Assembly: GCF_001194135.2 (NCBI RefSeq)
Contig: NC_068995.1
Span: 46,531,999-46,595,959, forward strand
Direction: 5' to 3'
Length of the DNA: 63,961 nucleotides
Source of the DNA: Octopus bimaculoides
Lineage: Eukaryota
A model generated the notes under the pieces. That model ran no database searches, had not been told where the DNA came from, and was given only the letters and a program-made list of their open reading frames with translations. Both the position numbers and the translations under genes were made by a program. This document shows positions 38,731-50,735 of the stretch, piece after piece (the stretch's first letter is position 1; each line of letters begins with the position of its first letter).

Positions 38731-38833
38731 ACATGTATGTATGTAGGTAGGTACATAAGCATCTATCTACCTATCTATCTATCTTTTCTATCTACATATG
38801 ATGTACAAACATATGTGTATGTTTGTACGTGCA

Positions 38834-38864
<31 letters not shown>

Positions 38865-38971
38865 ATATAAATAAATAATTCAAAACTCCGTGAGTACAGT
38901 AGGCGTGGCAATGATATTTTCGGAGAAAAACTTTCGGTCATTAAGTGCCTGTATTTGAACTTCATCATGAG

Positions 38972-39404
38972 TATTCTTTTCTACTCTATGCACAAGGCCC
39001 GAAATTTTGGGGGAGAGGGCCAGTTGATTAGACCGACCCCAGTACGCAGCTGGTACTTAATTTATCGACCCCGAAACGATGAAAGGCAAAGTCGACTTCG
39101 GCGGAATTTGAACTCAGAATTTAAAGACAGATGAAATACCCGCTAAGCATTTCGTCCGGCCTGCTAACGTTTCTTATTTCTTTATTGCCCACAAGGGGCT
39201 AAACATAGAGGGGAGAAACAAGGACAGACAAAGGGATTAAGTCGATGATATCGACCCCAGTGCGTGACTAGTACTTAATTTATCGACCCCGAAAGTATGA
39301 AAGGCAAAGTCGACCTTGGCGGAATTTGAACTCAGAACGTAATGGTAGACGAAATACCGCTAAGCATTTCGTCCGGCATGCTAACGTTTCTACCAGCTGG
39401 CCAC
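38972..39404 (-). mobile_element. SINE F1 dimer (tail-1 monomer plus tail-2 monomer)
   Basis: Two collinear head and core units joined at the same AAGAA|ACGTTAGC junction as at 55261; no TSD recognised. Confidence 0.92.
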
Positions 39405-39547
39405 TTTAGGAAGTGTGTAGATGTTGCTGTTGTTGTTACTGCTGTTTAAACCCCTAGTCGAACAGTGATCGATCAGTCCTATAATCGAATGTATCTCAAA
39501 CCGTGGCGACCCTCGTAATTTTTTTTCTCTCCAGACATCTGAGTATG

Positions 39548-39840
39548 AAGGCACGTGGCTTAGTTGTTAGGGTACTCGGTTCACGACCGTAACGCCGGGA
39601 GTTCGAAAACCGACGGCGCATTGTGTCCTGGAGTAAGACACTTCATTTTACGTTGCTCCAGTTTAGTCAGCTAGCAAAATCGGGCAGTGCCCGTAATTCA
39701 AAGGGCCAGCTTTAACGCCTTCTGTGTCACCCTGAATTTCCCAGATAACTTCGTCAAAGATTTGCGTGTCTATGGAGTACTCAGCCACGTGCACCTTAAT
39801 CTCACAAGCGGACCATTCCGTTCATCAGATCAACTCGAAT
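39548..39840 (+). mobile_element. SINE F3, near full length
   Basis: GAAGGCACGTGGCTTAGTTGTTAG A-box, GGAGTTCGAAAACC B-box, TTGTGTCCTGGAGTAAGACACTTCATTTTACGTTGCTCCAG core (CORE/V-SINE-like, from memory). Confidence 0.8.
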
Positions 39841-40542
39841 CATTATCATCATAGCAGGCAGCGAACCAGTTATTACACACCTCAGTCTACATTTTCTTAT
39901 ACATCCTACTGTCACTTGCAAGGGTTTATGAGAAGGTCATTACTTTCGCTGCTATTTCTAGCACGACGAATGACCACACATAAGCGTCTTATAACCACCG
40001 GTTTGATCAGGATATTTATTCCCCAATTATAACTGCCAAATAATAAATCCAATGAAACAGCATTCTGCGTAGCCTGACTGTACACGCTGAATTCACTAGG
40101 GAAGAATTACTTATGTTTGTCTACATGACTGATTTCCAATGCGACTCTATTCTTTACGATATTTGTTTATGCTATTTACAATGGAGTTTACTAAACTTCT
40201 CACATGGTTGCATCAGAACTTGCTATTGTTCCATTTCCAACGCTTTTATAGAGATCGACCTTTTTTTCTTTTACTTTTAGCTCTTTTTGTTAGTTTTTGG
40301 TCAATATATTTATTTATAATTCATTCGTAAGTGTGTGTACGTGTGTATATGCATGTGTTTGTGAGTGTATGTGTGTGTGTGTGTTTGTGTGTTTTTACAT
40401 AAAGAAAGGGAGAGAAAAGAGAGTGAGGGACGGAAGGTAGGTGGAGTAATTGGTGTGTATACCGATACGTGTGAAAGAAAAATAAAACATCTTAACGCTC
40501 AGTTGCCTACATACAAACACGCACACATACATATTCACACAC

Positions 40543-40589
<47 letters not shown>

Positions 40590-40668
40590 CGCACACTCAC
40601 ACACACACATGCATATGTACGTATGTCTCAATCTATTATGTATGTATGTAGATACGGAGGTTTATATT

Positions 40669-41375
40669 ATTTTCTACCCTAGGTCCAAGGCCCGAAATAT
40701 TTTGGGGAGGGGGGCCAGTCGATTAGATCAACTCCAGTACGCAACTGATACTTAATTTATCCAACCCGAAAGAATTTCGAAAGAATTTCGACAGAATTTG
40801 AACTCAGNNNNNNNNNNTTTATCCAACCCGAAAGAATTTCGAAAGAATTTCGACAGAATTTGAACTCAGAACGTAAAGACAGACGAAATACCGCTAAGCA
40901 TTTCACCCGGCGTGCTAACGATTCTTATTTCTTTATTGTCCACTAGGGGGCTACACACAGAGGGGACAAACAAGGACAGACAAAGGGATTAAGTCGATTA
41001 CATCGACCCCAGTGCATAGCTGGTGTTTAATTTATCTACCCCGAAAAGATGAAAGGTAAAGTCGCTCTCAAGGGAATTTGAACTCAGAACGTAGCGGCAG
41101 ACGAAATACCGCTATGCATTTAACCCGGCGTGCTAACTTTTCTTATTTCTTTACTGCCCACAAGGGGCTAAACATAGAGAGGACAAACAAGGACAGACAA
41201 AGGGATTAAGTCGATTACATCGACCCCAGTGCGTAACTTGTACTTAATTTGTCGACCCCGAAGGGATGAAAGGCAAAGTCGACCTCGGCGGAATTTGAAC
41301 TCAGAACGTGTAAGGCAGACGAACTGCTGTTAAGCATTTCGCCCGGTGGGGTAACGTTTCTTCCAGCTCGCCGCC
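40669..41375 (-). mobile_element. SINE F1 trimer with a 17-bp TSD
   Basis: Three head and core units; flanks ATACGGAGGTTTATATT (40652-40668) and ATACGGACGTTTACATT (41376-41392), 15/17 identical. Confidence 0.92.
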
Positions 41376-41393
41376 ATACGGACGTTTACATTA

Positions 41394-41800
41394 AAGTGGT
41401 GAGCTGGTAGAATCATTAGGACGCCGGACAAAATGATTAGAAGTATGGTAGTCCCTCACTATATCGTGATCCACCTATCGCCGTTCACCTATCGTGGGTC
41501 ACCTATCGCAGTTTATACAGATTATAAACATGATAAAAAAAAAAAAAATACAGTACAGTACTGTTTCTACTTCGCGGATTTTCATCTATCGCGAGGGGTG
41601 GGAGTTGGAGCGTAACACCCACGATAGTCGAGGGATTACTCTATATCATTCCTCTTTGCGTTCCGAAATCAGATTCCGCCAAGGCCGACTTCACCTCTTT
41701 TATTCTATTGGGGTTAGATGGAACATCAGTTCTGCACTGAGGGTGGGTGGGGGCTGAGTGTTGCAATCGACTAGCTTTATCTCCAAATATTTCAGTCCTT
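41394..41800 (+). mobile_element. Old SINE F1 monomer interrupted by a MITE
   Basis: Head GTGGTGAGCTGGTAGAATCATTAG up to 41445 resumes after 41643 as CTTTGCGTTCCGAAATCAGATTCCGCCAAGGCCGACTT. Confidence 0.7.
41446..41641. mobile_element. Tigger/pogo-type MITE, about 196 bp, TA target duplication
   Basis: Ends GTAGTCCCTCACTATATCGTG and CACGATAGTCGAGGGATTAC are imperfect inverted repeats; TA at 41444-41445 and 41642-41643; subterminal CACCTATCG x3. Confidence 0.8.
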
Positions 41801-41804
41801 CTAA

Positions 41805-42000
41805 GGCGGCGAGCTGGCAGAAACGTTAGCACACCGTGGTAATCATTTGATTAGCGGTAATCATTTGTCTACGTTCTGAGTTCAAATTCCACCGATGTCG
41901 GTTTTACCTATCATTCTTTCGGGGTCGTTCTAATCGACTGGCCCCTTCCCCACAAATTTCGGGCCTTGTGCATAGAGTAGAAAAGAAAAGAAAAGTAAAG
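41805..42000 (+). mobile_element. SINE F1 monomer with tail 2 and an internal deletion
   Basis: GGCGGCGAGCTGGCAGAAACGTTAGC...TTTCGGGGTCG|TTCTAATCGACTGGCCCC..TTTCGGGCCTTGTGCATAGAGTAGAAAAG. Confidence 0.9.
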
Positions 42001-42324
42001 AATATTTCAGGTCTTGTGCCTNNNNNNNNNNNNNNNNNNNNNNNNNNNNNNNNNNNNNNNNNNNNNNNNNNNNNNNNNNNNNNNNNNNNNNNNNNNNNNN
42101 NNNNNNNNNNNNNNNNNNNNNNNNNNNNNNNNNNNNNNNNNNNNNNNNNNNNNNNNNNNNNNNNNNNNNNNNNNNNNNNNNNNNNNNNNNNNNNNNNNNN
42201 NNNNNNNNNNNNNNNNNNNNNNNNNNNNNNNNNNNNNNNNNNNNNNNNNNNNNNNNNNNNNNNNNNNNNNNNNNNNNNNNNNNNNNNNNNNNNNTTATAA
42301 ATGCAAAACGACGTAAGCTTAAAT

Positions 42325-42368
42325 AATAAACCGTGATAGGTGAATCGCAATATAGTGAGGAATTACTG
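42325..42368 (-). mobile_element. Left end of a second copy of the Tigger-like MITE (remainder probably in the gap)
   Basis: Reverse complement CAGTAATTCCTCACTATATTGCGATTCACCTATCACGG matches 41446-41490. Confidence 0.7.
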
Positions 42369-42384
42369 GATTATATATATATAT

Positions 42385-42520
42385 ATATTCTTTTATTCGT
42401 TTCAGTCATTTGACTGTGAACAAATCGATCCCAGGACTTATTCTTTGTAAGCCTAGTACTTATTCTATCGGTCTCTTCTGCCGAAGAGCTAGGTTACGGG
42501 GACGTAAACACATCAACATC
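42385..42520 (-). mobile_element. SINE F2, 3' half with an internal deletion
   Basis: TTTCAGTCATTTGACTGTG|AACAAATCGATCCCAGGACTTATTCTTTGTAAGCCTAGTACTTATTCTATCGGTCTC. Confidence 0.85.
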
Positions 42521-43444
42521 GTCTATACATCTTTTGAAGGTTGCAGGTTTAAATCAGGTGATAGTATTTATAAGACTATCCGTGTTGCCATCGAATTTCG
42601 AAATCATGGGAAAACATTACCAAATCTGAGAGAAACACAACAAAACTTGTAAATACCAATCCTAAACTTCATTTTTCTGTCTCTCATTTCTTAATTTCTT
42701 TAAGCCTTTGCCTCTTTTTTCATTTAGAAATCAAGAATTTTCTGGGGAATCTCATAAACTGAAATAGGAAAGTAACATTACAAATATTTTTGTCAAGTCT
42801 GATATTATAATTTCAGCTACTATAACAAATTTTAAATCTTGTATAATTTGAGCACACGCCCTAAGTGAACTTCACACGCACAGAAAGCTATTTTAGTGTG
42901 ACTGCATACTCATTGTATAAAGATGTTTCGCTTCGATTCATTTCTATTTTGTATTAACCGCACTGCTTATAAAGCAAAGCAGTCCACTCTATAAAGTCTT
43001 CTCCTCTCCTCTTTCTATCTGCAAATTTCCATTTATGGCATAAAGCTTAAAAGGTAAATCTAAGTATGCGATACGTATTAATTTTCCTCTATGTCTCTGG
43101 ATTAATTAAACAATGATCTAGAGTTTCAAATACAATATGCCAACTAATTTTCGCAGCGAAATATGAATATGTTGCGCTCATTGCAAAGCCGAATGAAAAT
43201 ATCACGTGCATTTTGTAATACGTACATACATACATACATACATACATACAAACATACATACAAACATACAAACATACATACATACATACATACATACATA
43301 CATACAAACATACATACATACATACATACATGCATGCGTACATATACACCACATGATGACGTGATGGACCAGACTGTCACACGTTGTTATACATCGCTGG
43401 TCACAATGCGTTTTACATTGTTTTAGCTTTTGAATAATGCCAAT

Positions 43445-43600
43445 CCGCTGGCTAGGCGAGCAAGTCGGCCTCCCCTCTAATTGGAAGGTCAGTCTATCAC
43501 TGTGTTACTTGTTTACGGCTGAGTGGACTGAAGCAACGTGAAATGAAGTGTTTTGCCCAAGAATGCATGCACTGTTCGGTCTGAAAATGGTACCCACGAT
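43445..43600 (-). mobile_element. Degenerate SINE F3
   Basis: GCTGAGTGGACTGAAGCAACGTGAAATGAAGTGTTTTGCCCAAG is the reverse complement of the F3 core. Confidence 0.7.
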
Positions 43601-44124
43601 TTACCGATTTACCTAAAATTTCTTGGCTTTAATGATATCATGAAAATGCTGGTTAGAGGCCCAACCTTCCAAGTTCTTTTACAGGGCTTATAAAACCTGA
43701 AGGAACACTGCAATAAGTGTGTGAATTTGAGATGGGAATATATTGAATAAAATCATAATTAACTGATCCTCCTGTATTTTTTTTTACCTAAAGCCAGATA
43801 CTTTTCAACACGCCCTATATAAAAGATGGAACAAAAGCGTAATAGAGGACAATAAAACAAGTTACCAGGTGTCCTTACAGTTTCGGGTAGTTAACTTCAG
43901 ACTGTTCGATCTGGATGCCCCGCCAAAGTCTAAGCTAAGAGCATTAGATTTTTTGTAAGAAAGCTAGCGAATGTGTACAACAACAAAGACAAAAGACGGA
44001 GAACATGGTACACAATTACAAATAAAAACAACAAGAATAGAACAACAAATGTCTTTCGACTGAGGACGAATCAAATTCAGCTGGCGTGTGTAAAGTGAAA
44101 AAGCCTTAAGGCAGCAACGACAGT

Positions 44125-44335
44125 TAACCTACAGAATCGTCAGGGTGACGGGAAAAATACTTAGCAATATTTCGTCCATTTTAAATTCTGATTTGAAATT
44201 CCGCCGACTTCGACATTGCCTTCATCCTTTCGGGGTCGACAAAAGAAGTACCAGTTGAGTACTGAGATCGATATAATCGACCTCTCCCTCCCACACAAGT
44301 AATGGCTTTATGCTAAAATAATTTGACACCAATAC
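44125..44335 (+). mobile_element. Degenerate SINE F1 monomer with tail 3
   Basis: AAATTCCGCCGACTTCGACATTGCCTTCATCCTTTCGGGGTCGAC..AGTACCAGTTGAGTACTG..TTTGACACCAATA. Confidence 0.75.
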
Positions 44336-44427
44336 ACACACACATATACAGAGATATATTTCTATATATAAATATATATATGCCTATGCATATCACTATA
44401 TATATATGCCTATTTATATCTCTCTCT

Positions 44428-44475
<48 letters not shown>

Positions 44476-44728
44476 CGCGGACAATGAATTATTGCTGAGT
44501 GTTGCGCCACAATGGGTTTAATTTGTTCCAATTTGTATGTTGACTTATTTACGTAATATGTCTGTTACTTCTTAGTAGTCTATTGTAAATGTATTTTGAT
44601 TGATTCATCGGTTCCTAGACAACAAAACAACAAAGATATACCAACAATAACTAATGTACGTAACTACAATGGATTTCTTTTTTAAACATCGAGTGACGTC
44701 TCTCAACCCGCAGTGTATCGTGTGATCG

Positions 44729-44778
<50 letters not shown>

Positions 44779-45334
44779 ACGTACCTAAAGATACTCAGCC
44801 ATTGTTCTTGAGTCTGATTTACGGTTCCCATTTCATGAAGCTACAAGAGTACTGAAGTAATGACTGGCAGAACTACATACATACATACATACATACGTAC
44901 ATACATATTATATATATATATANNNNNNNNNNNNNNNNNNNNNNNNNNNNNNNNNNNNNNNNNNNNNNNNNNNNNNNNNNNNNNNNNNNNNNNNNNNNNN
45001 NNNNNNNNNNNNNNNNNNNNNNTTTGTGTGTTTATTCACCAGCTTGTATGTATGTATGTATGTATGTATACACTCACACACATACTTGTGTATACGTATA
45101 TGTACTTAAGACCTTGTGTTTCTCTGCCTACGGGTATTATGCAACTGATGTATGCCATTGTGTGCTTTTGTGTTACGTACGTGTTCCACTAATAAATCAA
45201 ATATCTTACGAACACACATTCCTCTCAAACAAATAGCTGTTCTTTTATGACGGGACGCGACAGCTATTAATATATTCACGTGCAAATCCCTCCGAACTTA
45301 TCAAGAATGTGCAAAATTTTCGTTTTCGGGTCTC

Positions 45335-45399
45335 CCTGCATCGGTTGTCAAGTGATGTTGGGGGTCAAACACAGACACACAAACACATGTGCACACACA

Positions 45400-45457
<58 letters not shown>

Positions 45458-45643
45458 CATATATATATCTATATCTATATATGTATATATATATATATAT
45501 ATATACATATATACGACGGGCTTCCTTCAGTTTCCGTCTACCAAATCCACTATAGCCCGAGGCTATAGTAGAAGACATTTGTCCAAGGTGACACGCAGTG
45601 GGACTGATCCCGGAACAATGTGGTTGGTAAGCAAGCTACTTAC
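45335..45643 (-). mobile_element. SINE F2 with internal (CA)n/(TA)n; 5' end at a gap
   Basis: GCATCGGTTGTCAAGTGATGTTGGGGGTCAAACACAGACAC-[microsatellite]-GACGGGCTTCCTTCAGTTTCCGTCTACCAAATCC..GGTTGGTAAGCAAGCTACTTAC. Confidence 0.9.
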
Positions 45644-46240
45644 NNNNNNNNNNNNNNNNNNNNNNNNNNNNNNNNNNNNNNNNNNNNNNNNNNNNNNNNN
45701 NNNNNNNNNNNNNNNNNNNNNNNNNNNNNNNNNNNNNNNNNNNNNNNNNNNNNNNNNNNNNNNNNNNNNNNNNNNNNNNNNNNNNNNNNNNNNNNNNNNN
45801 NNNNNNNNNNNNNNNNNNNNNNNNNNNNNNNNNNNNNNNNNNNNNNNNNNNNNNNNNNNNNNNNNNNNNNNNNNNNNNNNNNNNNNNNNNNNNNNNNNNN
45901 NNNNNNNNNNNNNNNNNNNNNNNNNNNNNNNNNNNNNNNNNNNNNNNNNNNNNNNNNNNNNNNNNNNNNNNNNNNNNNNNNNNNNNNNNNNNNNNNNNNN
46001 NNNNNNNNNNNNNNNNNNNNNNNNNNNNNNNNNNNNAGAGAGAGAGAGAGAGATATTATTATAAGATCTGGTAATTAGTCATATATTAATATATTAATTA
46101 ATATCGATTAATTATCAGGGGGCCAGCACATTTAAAGAATCAAAGAGATTCAGAAATATTATCTGCAATCTCAGGGGATTAAGGTACATTTTAAAAAGGT
46201 ACATTTTAAGGTACATTTTAGAAATACTATCTGCAATCTC

Positions 46241-46296
<56 letters not shown>

Positions 46297-46297
46297 T

Positions 46298-46371
<74 letters not shown>

Positions 46372-46749
46372 TAGAGAGAGAGAGAGAGAGAGATACATTG
46401 ATAGATAAATATGTCAGTGTTTATGGATCTGTGTATATATGAAACTTTTATAGTACATTTATATACCGTATCTCTTTCAGATACTTAATGACTCTAAACA
46501 ATGCCGAACACATTATAAAGCCATCAAAACGAAATGACACGAATAAAACTCTACTTCATCTAGAATCTTATGCACTAAAGGATTGAAGAAGCATTTCTGA
46601 AGTTGAAGTAAATAAATAAACTACAAGTATGCTAACATGGACAAGTAAAAGGCTGTACTTGAATAACAGGTCTTAACATGTAAATCTGTTTGAATGGTAC
46701 CTATAGGGGATTATAATCGGAGATTCTTTAAATGTTTTATTTTTTATCG

Positions 46750-47030
46750 TTTACTTGTTTCAGTTATTCGGTTGCGGCCATGCTAGGGCACATTTTGAAG
46801 GACTTAATCGGGTAAATTGCCCCCAGCACGTGTTTTGTCCGCCGTCACCGCTCAACAACTGATGTTTAGGTCCCCATAAATAAGCGGTTCGGCAAAAAGT
46901 GAACGGTAGAATAACTACAAAGTTTCAAAAACCAAAAGTATTAAGGTTGAATCATTCGATTAAAATTCTTCAATGTGGTCCCCCAGCATGGCCGCAGTCC
47001 AATGACTGAAGCAATTTATAGTAAAAAAGA
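46750..47030. mobile_element. Two abutting SINE F2 3' halves in opposite orientation (minus 46750-46830, plus 46831-47030)
   Basis: TTCAGTTATTCGGTTGCGGCCATGCTAG on the left is complementary to CCAGCATGGCCGCAGTCCAATGACTGAA on the right. Confidence 0.75.
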
Positions 47031-48090
47031 TATAGATATATCGTCTGCGCCTTTGAAATCTGACGCTAACGGCCAGGAACATTTTAGCCTGCTCTTTTGC
47101 TTTTTGTGCGACAATCAAAATATCAGCAAACCTTATTTACTTTTGCTTTTCTTTAATAAAAACATCTGACTGTAGAGATCCTTGGTCAGGACGGCTTCGT
47201 CTGGATTCATTACCACCTGGGGACTATGTGTGACCCAGTGATAATAAAAAGATTGAAAGGAGGTCTGCAAGGAAATAACTTTACTCAAAACTTTGCAACT
47301 GAATCAGTGGAGGCAAGGATGCTTCTCATTTACTTGACAATTTATGCACCACATTGCAGAAATCACAATCTAAGTATATCTCAAAGCAAAGTCTTACACT
47401 GTTGTACCATTGAATTACAAATAACACTCATATTTTGTGCTCGGCTGACCCTGCAGCTTCCAAGGGTACAACTGTATTCGTCTTTGCTTAGATAAAAGGA
47501 CTAAATTGTGGGTGTTAAGTCCCCATGAAGAGGTCTTTCTAACTTCTGAGAAGATGAAATTTTAGAAATATTACTTCATTTGTGTCTAATATCTATGGTT
47601 AAAATTTCATCAACAGCAAAAATACATGAATTTTCATGGGGGTTATGGCCCTTATGCATAGAATATAATTACCAAATTTCATAAAGATCCATACAGTACT
47701 TTTGACATAGATTTTGATCATAAAAAATGACTAAAATTTGTGAGTTAACGCCACCATTTGGGGGGTCTTAGAATCCTCATGAGAAGAGGAAGGTTTGTGT
47801 GTGTATATNNNNNNNNNNNNNNNNNNNNNNNNNNNNNNNNNNNNNNNNNNNNNNNNNNNNNNNNNNNNNNNNNNNNNNNNNNNNNNNNNNNNNNNNNNNN
47901 NNNNNNNNNNNNNNNNNNNNNNNNNNNNNNNNNNNNNNNNNNNNNNNNNNNNNNNNNNNNNNNNNNNNNNNNNNNNNNNNNNNNNNNNNNNNNNNNNNNN
48001 NNNNNNNNNNNNNNNNNNNNNNNNNNNNNNNNNNNNNNNNNNNNNNNNNNNNNNNNNNNNNNNNNNNNNNNNNNNNNNNNNNNNNNNNNN

Positions 48091-48167
48091 ATGTGCCACT
48101 CTGTGAAACAGAAGCCAGGACCATGGGGTTTGGAAGCAAGCTTTTTACAACGCAGCCACGCCTACAC
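48091..48167 (-). mobile_element. SINE F2 tRNA head
   Basis: TGCCACTCTGTGAAACAGAAGCCAGGACCATGGGGTTTGGAAGCAAGCTT..CAGCCACGCCT. Confidence 0.7.
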
Positions 48168-48224
48168 CTTTATATATGTATAAAAATGTATACATATGTA
48201 GACATACATGTATGTTGTGTATGT

Positions 48225-48285
<61 letters not shown>

Positions 48286-49109
48286 AACACACATACATTG
48301 ATATATATAGGCCTCTGTGCGTGGCTCCTATGTGACGTGGTTTTGTGTGCCTAACCGTATGTATGTATGAATGTATGAATGTATGTATGTGTGTGTGTGT
48401 GTGTATGCGCGTCTTAATATCAGTAGGAAGACAAATAATTAGGTAACTATTTAAACAGATAAGCTAAAGACGCATTATGAATATTTCCAAATCACGTATT
48501 TTACTTAAACAATATACAAAATCTACTAAGAAAGCGCAAATACTAAAATAAGTGAAAAATATAATATGTACAATTATGTCATTGAACTGGAGAAAAGAAT
48601 ATTAAAAAATAAGGCTTTTCGGAGAGAATGCAGCAAATATCGTACAGTTGACACAACCATTGTCTCTTGGCGTCGCTGTGACTTTGTAACCCTTGCCAAC
48701 GTAGTCTTGTAAGTATTTTGTTTTGTATATTCTTTCAGGATGGAATCAGAAATATATTTATTAGGGGGGGGGGGAAGACAAACAAAGGTAGATTGAAAAC
48801 TGAGGGATTAATAGGAATTTGGAATTTCCAAATGAATTTCATCGTAATGAGACGTATGTGGATATGTAAACTGAAGAGGGAGAGAGAGAGAGACACACAC
48901 ACACAGAGACAGACAGACAGACAGAGATAGATAAGCAGAGAAGGAGAGAGAGGAGAGAGAGGAGACACAGCTAAGGAATGCGATTAACTTAATAAATAAA
49001 TATTGTCCTTATTTTAAAATATACTTATAAATGCGTGTGTAAGAAACACACGCACGCATTGAAGTATACATACATGCATACATTCTTATATAGGCATATA
49101 CACCCCCCG

Positions 49110-49166
<57 letters not shown>

Positions 49167-49837
49167 NNNNNNNNNNNNNNNNNNNNNNNNNNNNNNNNNN
49201 NNNNNNNNNNNNNNNNNNNNNNNNNNNNNNNNNNNNNNNNNNNNNNNNNNNNNNNNNNNNNNNNNNNNNNNNNNNNNNNNNNNNNNNNNNNNNNNNNNNN
49301 NNNNNNNNNNNNNNNNNNNNNNNNNNNNNNNNNNNNNNNNNNNNNNNNNNNNNNNNNNNNNNNNNNNNNNNNNNNNNNNNNNNNNNNNNNNNNNNNNNNN
49401 NNNNNNNNNNNNNNNNNNNNNNNNNNNNNNNNNNNNNNNNNNNNNNNNNNNNNNNNNNNNNNNNNNNNNNNNNNNNNNNNNNNNNNNNNNNNNNNNNNNN
49501 NNNNNNNNNNNNNNNNNNNNNNNNNNNNNNNNNNNNNNNNNNNNNNNNNNNNNNNNNNNNNNNNNNNNNNNNNNNNNNNNNNNNNNNNNNNNNNNNNNNN
49601 NNNNNNNNNNNNNNNNNNNNNNNNNNNNNNNNNNNNNNNNNNNNNNNNNNNNNNNNNNNNNNNNNNNNNNNNNNNNNNNNNNNNNNNNNNNNNNNNNNNN
49701 NNNNNNNNNNNNNNNNNNNNNNNNNNNNNNNNNNNNNNNNNNNNNGTTAATTACCAGTTAAAGGGGCAAAACGCTAAGAAATCTAAGATGTTAATACAAA
49801 TAAAATTTTATTTTAGGGCACTATGTGCGATTGTTTA

Positions 49838-49893
<56 letters not shown>

Positions 49894-50445
49894 ATACAAA
49901 CATATAAATATATGCACATATACGTGTGTGTGTATACATACACACCCACACAAATACGTGTGTGTGTGTGTGTATTTATGTATGCATACATGCACTTTTC
50001 TCTCTATCTCTATTTCTTACTGTCTTTCTATATGTATAGCCTACAGTTTAGTTTATCGTTAAACTTTCACCGATTACAATCAAGAGAATAAATATAATGC
50101 TTTATTTCTTATGTAAATATTACCATAAAAGACGAGTAAATTACAATAGAATAGTCAAAATAACAGGAATTTCTCATAATTCTGCAATTTATAATGTAAT
50201 TTTCTTTAGAAATTATTGTGTCACAATTCAAGTAGGGATCAGCTTTATTGTATTTGAGATATAAGCGGCGACACTGGTGGCTAGTAGACACAGATAAGAA
50301 TGAAAACAGAACACACTTCACCGAGATAAATATGATGTTAATAATGATCTGGGAATGTTGGTCAATGGCTGATACGTAATGGTATATCTGATATACATTA
50401 AATAGAGTCGGTAATAAACAGGGCACAATACGTTGCTGCTTTTTC

Positions 50446-50735
50446 AGTCGATGTAATCAACTTAATCCCTTTGTCTCTCCTTGTTTGTCGCCTCTATGTT
50501 TAGCCCCTTGTGGGCAATAAAGAAATAAGAAATAAGAAACGTTAGTACGCCGGGCGAAATGCTTAGCCGTATTTCGTCAGTCTTTATGTTCTGAGTTCAA
50601 ATTCCGCCGAGGTCGTCTTTGCCTTTCGTCCTTTTAGGGTCGATAAAGTAAGTACCAGTTGCATACTGGGGTCGGTCTAATCGATTGGCCCCACTCCCCA
50701 AAAATTTCGGGTCTTGTGCCTAGAGTAGAAGAGGA
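50446..50735 (+). mobile_element. 5'-truncated SINE F1 dimer
   Basis: Tail 1 (TAATCCCTTTGTCTCTCCTTG..AATAAAGAAATAAGAAATAAGAA) joined to ACGTTAG of a complete tail-2 monomer. Confidence 0.9.

Noticed and set aside
38960-39420. TSD around the 38972-39404 dimer
   Set aside because: The flanks (CTTCATCATGAGT and CTTTAGGAAGTGT) do not align convincingly, so this locus was not used as TSD evidence.
47520-47790. ACCAAATTTCATAAAGATCC motif suggesting a Helentron/HINE-type MITE
   Set aside because: One short motif only; no subterminal inverted repeats, hairpin or second copy could be established.
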